Assembly (NCBI GenBank): GCA_039588055.1
Contig: JBDHAN010000004.1
Coordinates: 807-64,806, forward strand
Length of the DNA: 64,000 nucleotides
From: Gemmatimonadota bacterium
Lineage (GTDB): Bacteria > Gemmatimonadota > Gemmatimonadetes > Gemmatimonadales > GWC2-71-9
Direction: 5' to 3'
Part shown: piece after piece, positions 8,864 to 18,461 of the stretch
Layout of the letters: each line of letters opens with the position of its first letter
Position numbering within the stretch: the stretch's first letter is position 1
The notes under the pieces: model-generated
Databases searched by the model: none
The model's input: only the letters and a program-made list of their open reading frames with translations
Told to the model about the DNA's origin: nothing
Translations under genes and position numbers: made by a program

Positions 8864-10107
8864 ACCAGGCAGCACTCGCGGGACTCGACCCCTGCGTCCA
8901 CTGCGGCTTCTGTCTCCAGAGCTGCCCGACCTATCTCGCCACCGCCGACGAGGCCGACAGCCCGCGCGGTCGGATCGTGCTCATGCGCGGCATGGCTACG
9001 GGACGAGTGGATCGTGCCGACTCGACGCTCGCACTTCACCTGGATCGCTGTCTTGGGTGTCGCGGCTGTGAGCCGGTCTGCCCGTCGGGAGTGCAGTACG
9101 GACCTGCACTCGAAGCGGCTCGACACGAGCTCATCGACGTACGGCCGATTCCGCGATTCGTTCGCGCCATTCACATGGTCATGGCCGCACCGACGCTTCG
9201 GGGTCCACTGCTCGGCGCAGCTTGGCTCGCACGACCTGTTGCCGCGGCGTTTGCGGGGCGCTCACCCTTCCGATTCGCCCTCGGGATGCTGGCATCGACC
9301 GCCCCGATGCGCCCGGCTCCGCGCGGCGCGCCTCGGAACAGTGCTCGCTCTCTCCCCAGCAACGGGACCGCAGCAGTCTTCCGCGGATGCATCATGCGCG
9401 GCTTGTTCGCCCATGTACACCGGGCCACGGAGCGCGTACTCGACGCACATGGTATCGTGCCGACTGCCGTTCCTGGCCAAGGCTGCTGCGGGGCACTTCA
9501 CGCCCATGCGGGGCAGCATGACGATGCCCTGCGCCTTGCACGCCAGAACGTCAAGACGTTCGCAACGCTGCCGGTCGATTCGCCCATCGTCGTCAACGCC
9601 GCCGGATGCGGCGCCATGCTCAAGAGCTACGAGCGGTTGTTGGCTGGCGATTCTCTGGCATCACAGGCCAGAGCACTCGCCGCCCGCGTGCGGGACGTGA
9701 GCGAGTTCGTCGCCATGATGGGTGTGCGCACCGGAGCGTCGCTTGATATCCGGGTCGCCTATGATCCGCCCTGTCATCTGTTGCATGCTCAGGGGATCGA
9801 TCAACAGCCACTCACAATGCTCGACGCGATCGATGGGCTCGTGCGCGTCCAGCACGACGAGGCAGACTTGTGCTGCGGCAGTGCGGGAAGCTTCACGTTT
9901 TCACAACCCGATATCTCGTGGGCGGTCCTCGAGCGGAAGGTGACGGCCCTGCGACGAATCGACCCGGATGTCGTCGCAACGGGGAATCCCGGATGCATCA
10001 TGCAGATTGGAGCGGGTCTGAAGGCCGCAGGCGTGAACCTCCCCGTCGTGCACCCAATCGAACTGCTCGATGCTTCCTATCGGCAGGCGGGGTTCTATGG
10101 ATCCTGA
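8860..10107 (+). CDS. glcF: Glycolate oxidase Fe-S subunit GlcF-like
   Basis: CVHCGFCLQSCPTY, SPRGRI, CLGCRGCEPVCPSGV, two CCG domains, NPGC..QI. Confidence 0.92.
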   Translation: MNQAALAGLDPCVHCGFCLQSCPTYLATADEADSPRGRIVLMRGMATGRVDRADSTLALHLDRCLGCRGCEPVCPSGVQYGPALEAARHELIDVRPIPRFVRAIHMVMAAPTLRGPLLGAAWLARPVAAAFAGRSPFRFALGMLASTAPMRPAPRGAPRNSARSLPSNGTAAVFRGCIMRGLFAHVHRATERVLDAHGIVPTAVPGQGCCGALHAHAGQHDDALRLARQNVKTFATLPVDSPIVVNAAGCGAMLKSYERLLAGDSLASQARALAARVRDVSEFVAMMGVRTGASLDIRVAYDPPCHLLHAQGIDQQPLTMLDAIDGLVRVQHDEADLCCGSAGSFTFSQPDISWAVLERKVTALRRIDPDVVATGNPGCIMQIGAGLKAAGVNLPVVHPIELLDASYRQAGFYGS

Positions 10108-11092
10108 GACATCAATCACTCGACTCACCCCCAACGATCTGACGCTCCATGAGGCGGAGGCCACGCTGCGTGGCGCGGCCGTCGTGCGCCCCCAACTCAC
10201 GACACTCTCCGTGACCGGTCCAGGTGCCGTGGTGTGCATGCAGGGGGTAGTGACCAACGACATCGAGGCACCGGGCGCCCACGGGTTCGTGTACGGAGCC
10301 GTCCTCACACCGAAGGGCATGATCGTGACGGACCTCTGGCTTGCAAGAGCAGAGGCTGATCTTCTGCTCTTCCTGCCGCCGGATGGTAGAGAGCCCCTTG
10401 AGGAAATCTTCCGCCGGTCACTGCCGCCGCGTTTGGCCCGTGCGACCGACCGCGAGGGAATCGCCGTGTTCCAGCTCTTGGGACCCGCGGCACATGAACG
10501 GGTAGCCCAGGCAGGGGTGGGGGTACCGCCACCAGGCCAGGCAACAGAGGGAACAGTCGACGAGATCCCGTACCACAGCGCCCGACCCTCGCTCGGCATC
10601 CCCTTCTCGCTCCAGCTCGATGTTCCCAACGAATTCTCGGATGCTATGGCTGCGCTGCTCACCAACGCCGGCATCACGGCGGCCCCGGTGGCAGCGTTGG
10701 ATCTCGCCCGTGTCTTCGCGGGGTGGCCCAAACTGGGATCCGAGATCGGCGCCAAGACGCTGCCGCAGGAGGTGCGATACGACGACATCGACGGCGTCTC
10801 CTACACCAAGGGATGCTTCACAGGTCAGGAGACCGTGGCAAGGGTGCATTACCGTGGCCATGTCAATCGATGCCTGGCGGGCCTTCGGTGGGACGCCGAA
10901 CCCGACCTCGACGACACAGACATTCTCCTGAATGGGAAAGCCGTCGGATCGGTCACCAGCATCGTGTGGGCCTCACCGCTCGAGCGATGGGTCGGGTTGG
11001 GGATGCTGCGGCGGGAGGTCGCGCCCGGTGCGGCCGTGATGGTGGGGCACGCGCGCGCCGTTGTTCACCCCCTGCCGCTCGACATCACGTGA
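10097..11092 (+). CDS. YgfZ/GcvT-family folate-binding protein
   Basis: Signature SYTKGCFTGQETVAR; LTPKG. Confidence 0.88.
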   Translation: MDPETSITRLTPNDLTLHEAEATLRGAAVVRPQLTTLSVTGPGAVVCMQGVVTNDIEAPGAHGFVYGAVLTPKGMIVTDLWLARAEADLLLFLPPDGREPLEEIFRRSLPPRLARATDREGIAVFQLLGPAAHERVAQAGVGVPPPGQATEGTVDEIPYHSARPSLGIPFSLQLDVPNEFSDAMAALLTNAGITAAPVAALDLARVFAGWPKLGSEIGAKTLPQEVRYDDIDGVSYTKGCFTGQETVARVHYRGHVNRCLAGLRWDAEPDLDDTDILLNGKAVGSVTSIVWASPLERWVGLGMLRREVAPGAAVMVGHARAVVHPLPLDIT

Positions 11093-12282
11093 CACGTCCG
11101 TGGCGGGGCGTGGGCCCCGGGATTGTCATTGCCGCTGCCTTCATAGGACCGGGAACCGTCACGACGGCAACGCTTGCGGGAGCAAGGCACGGCGTCACGT
11201 TGCTGTGGGCCCTGGCCTTCGCCACCGTGGCCACCATCATCCTGCAGGAGATGAGCGCTCGGCTTGGGCTTGCAACGGGTGCGGGCATCGGTCAGGCACT
11301 GCGGCGTGTCCGCGGACCGCGTTGGCTTGGAGCTCTCCTGGCCGCTCTTGCCGCCACTGCCGTCGTAACCGGTGCAGCCGCGTATGAAGCCGGGAACCTG
11401 ACCGGTGCGGCGCTTGGACTCGAATCCATTACCGGCTTTCCACTTCGCGGGTGGGTCGGAATCGGCACCGCCATCGCCGGACTGCTACTCTGGACAGGAC
11501 GCTATCGCCTCCTCGAACGGGCCCTTGCGGCGTGCGTCGCGCTCATGGGCATCGTGTTCGTGGCAACGGCCGTTCTCGTAGCCCCAAATCTCGGCGGCCT
11601 CATCGCGGGAGCGTTCACAATTCGGCTCCCACCCAGCAGCGAATTGACCGCCCTGGCGTTGGTTGGCACGACGATCGTGCCATACAACCTCTTCCTCCAT
11701 GCGGCAGCAGTGCAGGAACGATGGTCAGGACCCAGTGACCTACCGGCCGCACGCCTCGACTTGGCACTCGCTATTGGACTTGGGGGCATCGTATCGGCAG
11801 CAGTCGTCGTCACGGCTGCTGCCGCTCTCGACGGGACTACCGTGCGGTCGGCATCGGACATGGCCGGTCAACTCGAGCCACTCCTGGGTAGCTGGGCCGG
11901 TCACGCGTTTGCGCTCGGTTATGCGGCAGCTGGCGTGACGTCAGCCATCACCGCGCCGCTCGCGGCGGCCTACACCGTCCTCGACACCCTCGGACACAAC
12001 CGCGACACCAGACAACCGCTCGCTCGGATCGTGTGGATCGGCTGCGTGGGTTTCGGCGCGGCGGCGGCACTTCTCAGCATTCGACCCGTTCCCCTCATCT
12101 TCGTCGCACAAATCGTGAACGGGCTCGTCCTGCCGCTGGTCGCCGTGGTGCTCCTGATCGCCATGAACGATCGGACGCGGTTGGGGTCACTCGTCAATAC
12201 GTGGCGAGGCAATCTCCTTGGAGCCGCAGTGGTCGTTCTCTGCACGACACTCGGCATTCGAGCGGTCCTCCTGGCCCTATGA
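11089..12282 (+). CDS. Nramp-family (YcsG-like) divalent cation transporter
   Basis: GPGIVIAAAFIGPGTVTT, LQEMSARLG, GTTIVPYNLFLH; many TM segments; GTG 11089 overlaps the upstream stop. Confidence 0.88.
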   Translation: MTRPWRGVGPGIVIAAAFIGPGTVTTATLAGARHGVTLLWALAFATVATIILQEMSARLGLATGAGIGQALRRVRGPRWLGALLAALAATAVVTGAAAYEAGNLTGAALGLESITGFPLRGWVGIGTAIAGLLLWTGRYRLLERALAACVALMGIVFVATAVLVAPNLGGLIAGAFTIRLPPSSELTALALVGTTIVPYNLFLHAAAVQERWSGPSDLPAARLDLALAIGLGGIVSAAVVVTAAAALDGTTVRSASDMAGQLEPLLGSWAGHAFALGYAAAGVTSAITAPLAAAYTVLDTLGHNRDTRQPLARIVWIGCVGFGAAAALLSIRPVPLIFVAQIVNGLVLPLVAVVLLIAMNDRTRLGSLVNTWRGNLLGAAVVVLCTTLGIRAVLLAL

Positions 12283-13274
12283 AGGTCTTGGTCACTGGCG
12301 GTACCGGGCTCGTGGGCAGTCACGCGATCGAGCGGCTCGTGCAGGTCGGACACCAAGTTCGAGCCATGGTGCGGTCGGACGAAGGTCACCGATTGGTGGC
12401 GTCACTGGGTGCGGAGCCGGTGCCCGGTCGGGTGGAGGAGCCGCAATCCTGGAAGGCCGCTGCCGGGTCCGAAGCCATCGTCCATGCCGCAGCCATGGTC
12501 ACGACGCCCACGACCTGGGAGGCATACCAGCAGGTCAACATCCTTGGAACCCGGCTTGCGGCCGAAACCGCTGCACGCCTCGACGCACGACTCGTGCACG
12601 TCTCTTCAGTCGCGGTGTACGGCCGTCGGCCTGATGCGGACGACACGCAGACGATCACCGAGGAAACGCCCTTCAGTCCCATCGCGGAAGCCAACTTCTA
12701 TGCAAGGTCGAAACGGGAGGCCGAGCAGGCGGTTTGGAAAGTCGCGAGCAAGCACGACCTGTCGGCTGTTGCGCTGAGACCGTGTGTGATCTATGGAGAG
12801 CGGGAGCGGCTGTTCATGGCACGACTCCTTCGCCTGCTCCGTTTCGGGGTCGCACCGGTTGTGGGATCGGGCCACAACCGACTCTCGGTCATCTATGTGG
12901 GCAATGTTGTCGATGCGCTGGTATCGGCGCTCGATCATCCGACCGTCACAGGGCCGTTCAACACGGCGAACGATGGCGGCCTCACACCGCGCGAGTTCTA
13001 CCAGATCATCGAGGACGTGACAGGACGTCACGTCCGGCAGATTCGGATTCCACTCTTGGTCACCACGGCGGTGGGAACCGCATGGCTCCGACTCTCCCGT
13101 ATGCTGCGACCCGGTTCGTACACGGGACTCGGGTCGTCCAGTGGACACTTCATGGCCCGGGAAAACCCCTATTCGTCACGCCGTGCCGAGCGAGAACTCG
13201 ATTGGCGCCCATCGACACCTCCAGTGGACGCCTTTCGGCAAACGGTTCGCTGGTTCGTGGAGCACGAACAGTGA
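12279..13274 (+). CDS. NAD-dependent epimerase/dehydratase (extended SDR)
   Basis: MKVLVTGGTGLVG, HVSSVAVYG, YARSK. Confidence 0.9.
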   Translation: MKVLVTGGTGLVGSHAIERLVQVGHQVRAMVRSDEGHRLVASLGAEPVPGRVEEPQSWKAAAGSEAIVHAAAMVTTPTTWEAYQQVNILGTRLAAETAARLDARLVHVSSVAVYGRRPDADDTQTITEETPFSPIAEANFYARSKREAEQAVWKVASKHDLSAVALRPCVIYGERERLFMARLLRLLRFGVAPVVGSGHNRLSVIYVGNVVDALVSALDHPTVTGPFNTANDGGLTPREFYQIIEDVTGRHVRQIRIPLLVTTAVGTAWLRLSRMLRPGSYTGLGSSSGHFMARENPYSSRRAERELDWRPSTPPVDAFRQTVRWFVEHEQ

Positions 13275-13308
13275 ATTGAACGCAAGTCCGCAGCGCTCGG
13301 CAGCGGGC

Positions 13309-13776
13309 CTAGTTGCCAGAGCCCCCTGGCGGCATCTGATCGGGACTCGCAACATCGAGCACGGCCTTCCACGTCCCGTCGGCATCCTTGCGCCAAACAG
13401 TGACGTACGACCCGCCAGCTCGAAAGATGTTTCCATCGGCATCAGTACGGGTGCGGAGATACCGGCCCAACGTGTACCCCATATCACCGGACGATGCGAC
13501 CTCCGCCTGCAACGGCTCCCACTGAAGCGAGTAGGTCGGGTCCCCGAACACCGGAGTCAGGAGCGCGCGAATGGAATCGGCGCCGGTCGTCACGAGGTTT
13601 CCTCCGACCATACTGCCATCCTCGGCGAAGTATGACACCCATCCGTCCACGCCATTCGCAGCCGTCGCCCGCACGAACGCACGATCCACGTCCATGAGCG
13701 CCTCGGGTGTGTCAGACCCAGCCGTCATGCAGGCCACCAGGGACAGACTGAGCACACATAGGTACTTCCGACTCAT
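13309..13776 (-). CDS. NTF2/SnoaL-like (DUF4440) lipoprotein
   Basis: Lipobox LSLVAC, SGDMGYTLG, GSYVTVWRKDADGTWK; SD GAGGAG before ATG 13776. Confidence 0.85.
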   Translation of the reverse strand: MSRKYLCVLSLSLVACMTAGSDTPEALMDVDRAFVRATAANGVDGWVSYFAEDGSMVGGNLVTTGADSIRALLTPVFGDPTYSLQWEPLQAEVASSGDMGYTLGRYLRTRTDADGNIFRAGGSYVTVWRKDADGTWKAVLDVASPDQMPPGGSGN

Positions 13777-13892
13777 CGGCGTTCTCCTCATCGTTTGAGA
13801 TCCAGCTGGTCTAGCGTGAGTGGTTCTTTCCAGTCTACAATAGCTGCTCGCACGATCTCTTCATTCATGACCCTCTAGCGAGCTCGACGCAT

Positions 13893-15176
13893 ATGATACG
13901 CACCACCGTTCTGATGGGGTTTCTCGCTGTGGCCGTTCCAACGATCGGAAACGCCCAGTACGAGCGCATCGATGCAGAAGTTGAGCGAATCGCCCCAGCA
14001 ATGCTAGACGTTCGGCACCACCTGCACGAGCATCCGGAGCTCGGCAACCGTGAATTCGCCACGTCTACGCTGATCGCAGAGCACCTTCGCGGTCTCGATT
14101 TCGATGTGGTTGAGACGGGCATCGCCCACACCGGGGTCGTCGGTATCCTTCGGGGCGGTCACCCGGGACCGGTGGTTGCTGTGCGCGCTGATATGGACGC
14201 GCTTCCAGTGACGGAGGCCACCCCGTTTCCGTTCAAATCCACGGTGCGGACGACCTACCTCGGCCAGGACGTCGGAGTATCGCATGCGTGTGGCCACGAC
14301 ATTCACATGGCAGTGCAGCTCGGACTCGCAGAGGTGTTGGCCGCGCTTCGCACGGACCTTCCTGGCACTGTGAAATTCATTTTCCAGCCGGCCGAAGAAG
14401 GACCACCGCCCGGCGAGGATGGAGGCGCTGCGCTTATGGTGCAGGAGGGAGTATTGCAGGACCCTCGTCCGGCAGCGATTTTCGGCCTCCACACGATGTG
14501 GAACATGCCGGTCGGCACCATCGGCTACACACCAGGTCCTGCACTTGCCGCCGCCGACCAATTTACGATCACCGTCAAAGGCCGCGGTGCGCATGGGGCG
14601 TCGCCCCATCTGAGCGCCGACCCGGTAGTCATCGCCGCTCAGGTAATCACGGCGCTCCAAACCATCCGCTCGCGCAACCTGTCCCCGATGGAGCCCGGCG
14701 TTGTCACGGTAGGGCGTATACTCGGCGGGACCCGCTGGAACATTATCCCTGACGAGGTGGAGCTCCAGGGCACCGTCCGCACGTACTCGAAGGAAGCCCA
14801 GAATCTCATCGAGCAGCGCATGCAAGAGATCCTCGCGGGCATCACCGCAGCGGGTGGAGGGTCCTACGAACTGGACTACGAGAAGGGCATCCCCGTGACG
14901 GTCAACGATCGTGAATTGACCGCTCGAATGCTCGGGAGCCTCGAGCGGGCCGTCGGCAACGACCACGTGCAACTCCTCGAACCCGCCACGGTGGCCGAGG
15001 ACTTCTCTTACTTTGCCAACGAGGTCCCGGGCTTCTACTACCGGCTTGGCACGCAGAAAGACGGCACGTCATCGGGCAATCATCACACGCCGACGTTCCA
15101 GGCGGACGACGATGCGGTGCCCGTCGGCGTCAAAGCGATGGCCTACTTGGTATGGGACTTCCTGGCGGGTCAGTAG
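13893..15176 (+). CDS. M20D family amidohydrolase, secreted
   Basis: Signal peptide; HPELGNRE, RADMDALP, HACGHD, FQPAEEG, AEDFS. Confidence 0.93.
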   Translation: MIRTTVLMGFLAVAVPTIGNAQYERIDAEVERIAPAMLDVRHHLHEHPELGNREFATSTLIAEHLRGLDFDVVETGIAHTGVVGILRGGHPGPVVAVRADMDALPVTEATPFPFKSTVRTTYLGQDVGVSHACGHDIHMAVQLGLAEVLAALRTDLPGTVKFIFQPAEEGPPPGEDGGAALMVQEGVLQDPRPAAIFGLHTMWNMPVGTIGYTPGPALAAADQFTITVKGRGAHGASPHLSADPVVIAAQVITALQTIRSRNLSPMEPGVVTVGRILGGTRWNIIPDEVELQGTVRTYSKEAQNLIEQRMQEILAGITAAGGGSYELDYEKGIPVTVNDRELTARMLGSLERAVGNDHVQLLEPATVAEDFSYFANEVPGFYYRLGTQKDGTSSGNHHTPTFQADDDAVPVGVKAMAYLVWDFLAGQ

Positions 15177-15193
15177 CAGGCGATTAGCCGACG

Positions 15194-15784
15194 CTATCTT
15201 CCCAGCGGGAAGTACAGCGGCTCCGCTCCCGGCTTCCACTTGATGTTGCAGCCGAGGCTTGGCTGCTGCGTCGAGGGAACGCTTTCGCCGGCAACAATCG
15301 CATTCAAACACGCACGCAGGTCGGCTCCGGTCACCGGGACATCGTTCCCTGGGCGGCTTCCGTCCAGCTGACCGCGATAGACGAGTTTCTGGTCTCCGTC
15401 GAACACGTAGAAGTCCGGCGTACACGCCGCCTTGAATGCTTTCGCCACCTCCTGAGACTCGTCACACAGAAACGGAAAATTCCACTCCTCGGTGGCCACC
15501 AGTTCGCGCATGTGTTCCGGGCTGTCGTCAGGATGTGTCTCGACGTCATTAGAGTTGATCGCCAGGAACGCGATGCGCTTCGGGATGTAGTCACGTGATA
15601 AACGGCCGAGCTCAGGGAGCACGTGTTTGACGAAGGGGCAGTGATTGCAGATGAACATGACCACGAGCGCGGCCGAACCCCGGTAATCCTTGGGCGAGAT
15701 CGACAGTCCGTCGATCGCATTGGGCAGGTTGAAGTCGGGAATCTGCGTCCCGAGCGGTAACATCGTTGATGGCGTCGCAACCAT
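15194..15784 (-). CDS. Thioredoxin/AhpC-TSA family protein
   Basis: FICNHCPFV, AACTPDF, YRGQLD, GCNIKWK; SD GGAGG before ATG 15784. Confidence 0.92.
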   Translation of the reverse strand: MVATPSTMLPLGTQIPDFNLPNAIDGLSISPKDYRGSAALVVMFICNHCPFVKHVLPELGRLSRDYIPKRIAFLAINSNDVETHPDDSPEHMRELVATEEWNFPFLCDESQEVAKAFKAACTPDFYVFDGDQKLVYRGQLDGSRPGNDVPVTGADLRACLNAIVAGESVPSTQQPSLGCNIKWKPGAEPLYFPLGR

Positions 15785-15867
15785 GAAGCCTCCAGGCCGA
15801 ATGGGGGCGTTCCGGACGTGACCCCCTTCGGCCAATGTATCTCACTCCCCGTTCCGGGGCCACGCGC

Positions 15868-15896
15868 TTGACCCTTCGTCGGACGTGTCACACTAT
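15868..15896 (+). promoter_or_regulatory. Sigma70-type promoter of the fdh operon
   Basis: TTGACC-N17-CACTAT, followed by SD GGAGG before fdhD. Confidence 0.5.
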
Positions 15897-15916
15897 CCAC
15901 GTTCGGAGGAGCCCCC

Positions 15917-16705
15917 GTGATCGACAAGACCCATCGCGTGAAAGTCGTCAGGCACGACGGCCCGGAGATCGACCGCAGTGACGACGTCGTCGCTACTGAA
16001 GACCCGTTGGAGATCCGACTGGGTGACACGTCGATTGCGGTCGTGATGCGCACGCCTGGTGACGATGGCGACCTCGTCACCGGTTTCCTCTTGACGGAGG
16101 GGATCTTGCTGGCGCCCGACGAACTCGATCACGTCGAGCACATAGACGACTCACGGGTGGCGGCACACCTGACTCCCGACGTTGAGATCGACCCTGAGCG
16201 GTTTCGCCGCAACATGTTCGTTTCCAGTTCCTGCGGCGTGTGCGGCAAAGCCTCGATCGAGGCCGTGCAACTCGTCGCACGGCCTGCGCCGGATTTTGCC
16301 GTCACCGCCAGCCTCCTCACCGACATCACACAGGCGCTTCGCTCGCACCAGCCGACGTTCGACGAGACGGGAGGTCTTCATGCCGCGGGGCTGTTCGATC
16401 TGGAGGGAAACGCGCTCGCCGTGCGTGAGGACGTCGGTCGCCACAACGCCGTCGACAAGGTGATCGGGGCGGTCGCAAGACTGCGGTGGCCCCTTCCACC
16501 GGGCTTGCTCGCGGTGTCCGGGCGCCAGAGTTTCGAGATCGTGCAGAAAGCTGCCGTCGCAGGCATCGGCGGTGTCGTTGGCATCTCGGCGCCGTCGTCG
16601 CTGGCGGTCGAGCTCGCCGCATCACTGGGCATGCTGCTCGCCGGTTTTTCCCGTGGTGACAGCGTCAACGTGTACGCAGGCGAAGGCCGTATCGTCGAAA
16701 CATGA
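15917..16705 (+). CDS. fdhD: Formate dehydrogenase accessory sulfurtransferase FdhD
   Basis: MRTPG, SSCGVCG, TGGLHAA, REDVGRHNAVDK, SAPSSLAV. Confidence 0.95.
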   Translation: MIDKTHRVKVVRHDGPEIDRSDDVVATEDPLEIRLGDTSIAVVMRTPGDDGDLVTGFLLTEGILLAPDELDHVEHIDDSRVAAHLTPDVEIDPERFRRNMFVSSSCGVCGKASIEAVQLVARPAPDFAVTASLLTDITQALRSHQPTFDETGGLHAAGLFDLEGNALAVREDVGRHNAVDKVIGAVARLRWPLPPGLLAVSGRQSFEIVQKAAVAGIGGVVGISAPSSLAVELAASLGMLLAGFSRGDSVNVYAGEGRIVET

Positions 16706-16758
16706 TTTCCGTTGGCGCGCGAACAGCACGCGGCTAGCTTTTGCGTGAAGGAGTGCCC

Positions 16759-18444
16759 GTGACGACAAGACTCTCTAACGAAGCCATAGTCGCACGCTGG
16801 CGTGATGAACCAGCGCCGCTGCTGCCCGTCCTGCACGCACTCCACGATCGTGACGGATTCCTCTCCGAGGCCGCGTTGCGGGATGTCGCCCAGCGTCTCC
16901 GAATCCCGATCGCCGAGTTGTTCGGCGACATCACGTTCTATCACCACTTTGCCCGTACATCCGGTGGCCGCGAGGCTCCTCGTGTCTGCACCGGCCCCGT
17001 ATGCCGGCGACGAGGCGGTATCGAGCTTCTGAAGGCACTCGAGTCCGATGGTGCAACACCAATGCCCTGTGCCGGGCGCTGTGATGAGCCAATTCCCATC
17101 CTTCGAGGTGGAGAGGTGCATGTCGGCGTCGACGCCGACGCGCTCGAGGTGCGTCCATCGCCGGTACCACCGCCAAACCCGAGCAGTCACGAGGAGTGCG
17201 TGTTCGCGCACATCCGCGAGCCTGGCCGGGCAACGCTCGACGGATACCGACGTTCCGCTGGTTACCAGGCCTTCGAGCACGCGGTCAGCAAGCTCGATCC
17301 GGCGCGGGTCATCACCACCATTACCGATGCAACGCTCGCCGGACGTGGTGGCGCCGGGTTCCCCACCGGCACCAAATGGAAGGCCGTCGCCGACGCGGCA
17401 GGTGCACCGAAGAGCATCGTGTGCAATGCGGATGAAGGCGAACCTGGGTGCTTCAAGGATCGGGCACTGATGGATTACGATCCCCACGCTGTCCTGGAGG
17501 GAATGGCAATTGCGGCATATGCGACCGGCGCCACGCAAGGGTTCATCTATCTGCGCTACGAATACCCCGATACGCTGTCCATCTTGGAGCGTGCTATCGC
17601 CGAGGCAACCTCGGCAGGGCTCCTCGGCGACGCTATTCTGGGCTCGAGTTTCACATTTCACGTGTACGTGCGTCGAGGTGCCGGGGCCTACATCTGTGGG
17701 GAAGAGGGGTCGCTGCTCAACAGCCTCGAAGGAAGGCACCCGTTCCCGCGAAATCGGCCGCCATACCCCGTTACCCACGGGTATGAGAACCGGCCGACCG
17801 TGGTGAACAACGTCGAGACACTCGCCTCCGCACCTCCAATACTGCTCCGTGGCTCGGAGTGGTACCGCGGACTCGGTATGAACGACCATGCCGGCACCAA
17901 GATCATCAGCCTTTCAGGAGACATTCGGCGGCCGGGCAACTATGAGGTTCCGATGGGCCTGCCGCTTCAGACGTTGCTCAACGAGTGGGCGGGCGGCCCG
18001 CCGGACGGCCGCGACATTCAGGCCGTGACGATGGCGGGCCTGTCCGGCGGATTCCTGGCAGGAGACGACTTGAACGTGACGCTCGATGAGCCCAGCATTC
18101 GCTCCAAGGGATCCTTTCTCGGTGCCGGTGGCGTTATGGTATTTGATGACAGCCGCGACATGGTGGCGGTCGCGCGCGACGCCATGGAATTCTTTGCGCA
18201 TGAGTCGTGCGGTAAGTGCTTCCCATGTCGTATCGGGACTCAACGGCTGACCGAGCGCCTCGCCGGCCAAGCCGGTCCGACCGATGTGCCTTCGTGGCTT
18301 GCCGAGGTGAGCGATCTCGGTCAGACCATGAAGGCGGTCAGTGCCTGCGGATTGGGGCTCGCAGCACCGCTCGTCACCGAGAGTCTCGTTCGATACTTCC
18401 CGGACCGCGTTGCACGGCACATACAGACGATGGCGACCGCCTGA
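16759..18444 (+). CDS. Fused NuoE/NuoF-like diaphorase subunit (FdsG+FdsB-like) of NAD-linked formate dehydrogenase
   Basis: N-terminal CTGPVC...CAGRC [2Fe-2S]; GRGGAGFPTG, CNADEGEPG, GAGAYICGEE, ESCGKCFPCRIG. Start GTG 16759 behind AAGGAG (16741 and 16753 also possible). Confidence 0.9.
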   Translation: MTTRLSNEAIVARWRDEPAPLLPVLHALHDRDGFLSEAALRDVAQRLRIPIAELFGDITFYHHFARTSGGREAPRVCTGPVCRRRGGIELLKALESDGATPMPCAGRCDEPIPILRGGEVHVGVDADALEVRPSPVPPPNPSSHEECVFAHIREPGRATLDGYRRSAGYQAFEHAVSKLDPARVITTITDATLAGRGGAGFPTGTKWKAVADAAGAPKSIVCNADEGEPGCFKDRALMDYDPHAVLEGMAIAAYATGATQGFIYLRYEYPDTLSILERAIAEATSAGLLGDAILGSSFTFHVYVRRGAGAYICGEEGSLLNSLEGRHPFPRNRPPYPVTHGYENRPTVVNNVETLASAPPILLRGSEWYRGLGMNDHAGTKIISLSGDIRRPGNYEVPMGLPLQTLLNEWAGGPPDGRDIQAVTMAGLSGGFLAGDDLNVTLDEPSIRSKGSFLGAGGVMVFDDSRDMVAVARDAMEFFAHESCGKCFPCRIGTQRLTERLAGQAGPTDVPSWLAEVSDLGQTMKAVSACGLGLAAPLVTESLVRYFPDRVARHIQTMATA

Positions 18445-18461
18445 GCTCTCGAGGTACAGTC

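Noticed and set aside
15893..15901. Single DnaA-box-like CTATCCACG
   Set aside because: Isolated, two mismatches, and overlaps a -10 element; expected by chance.
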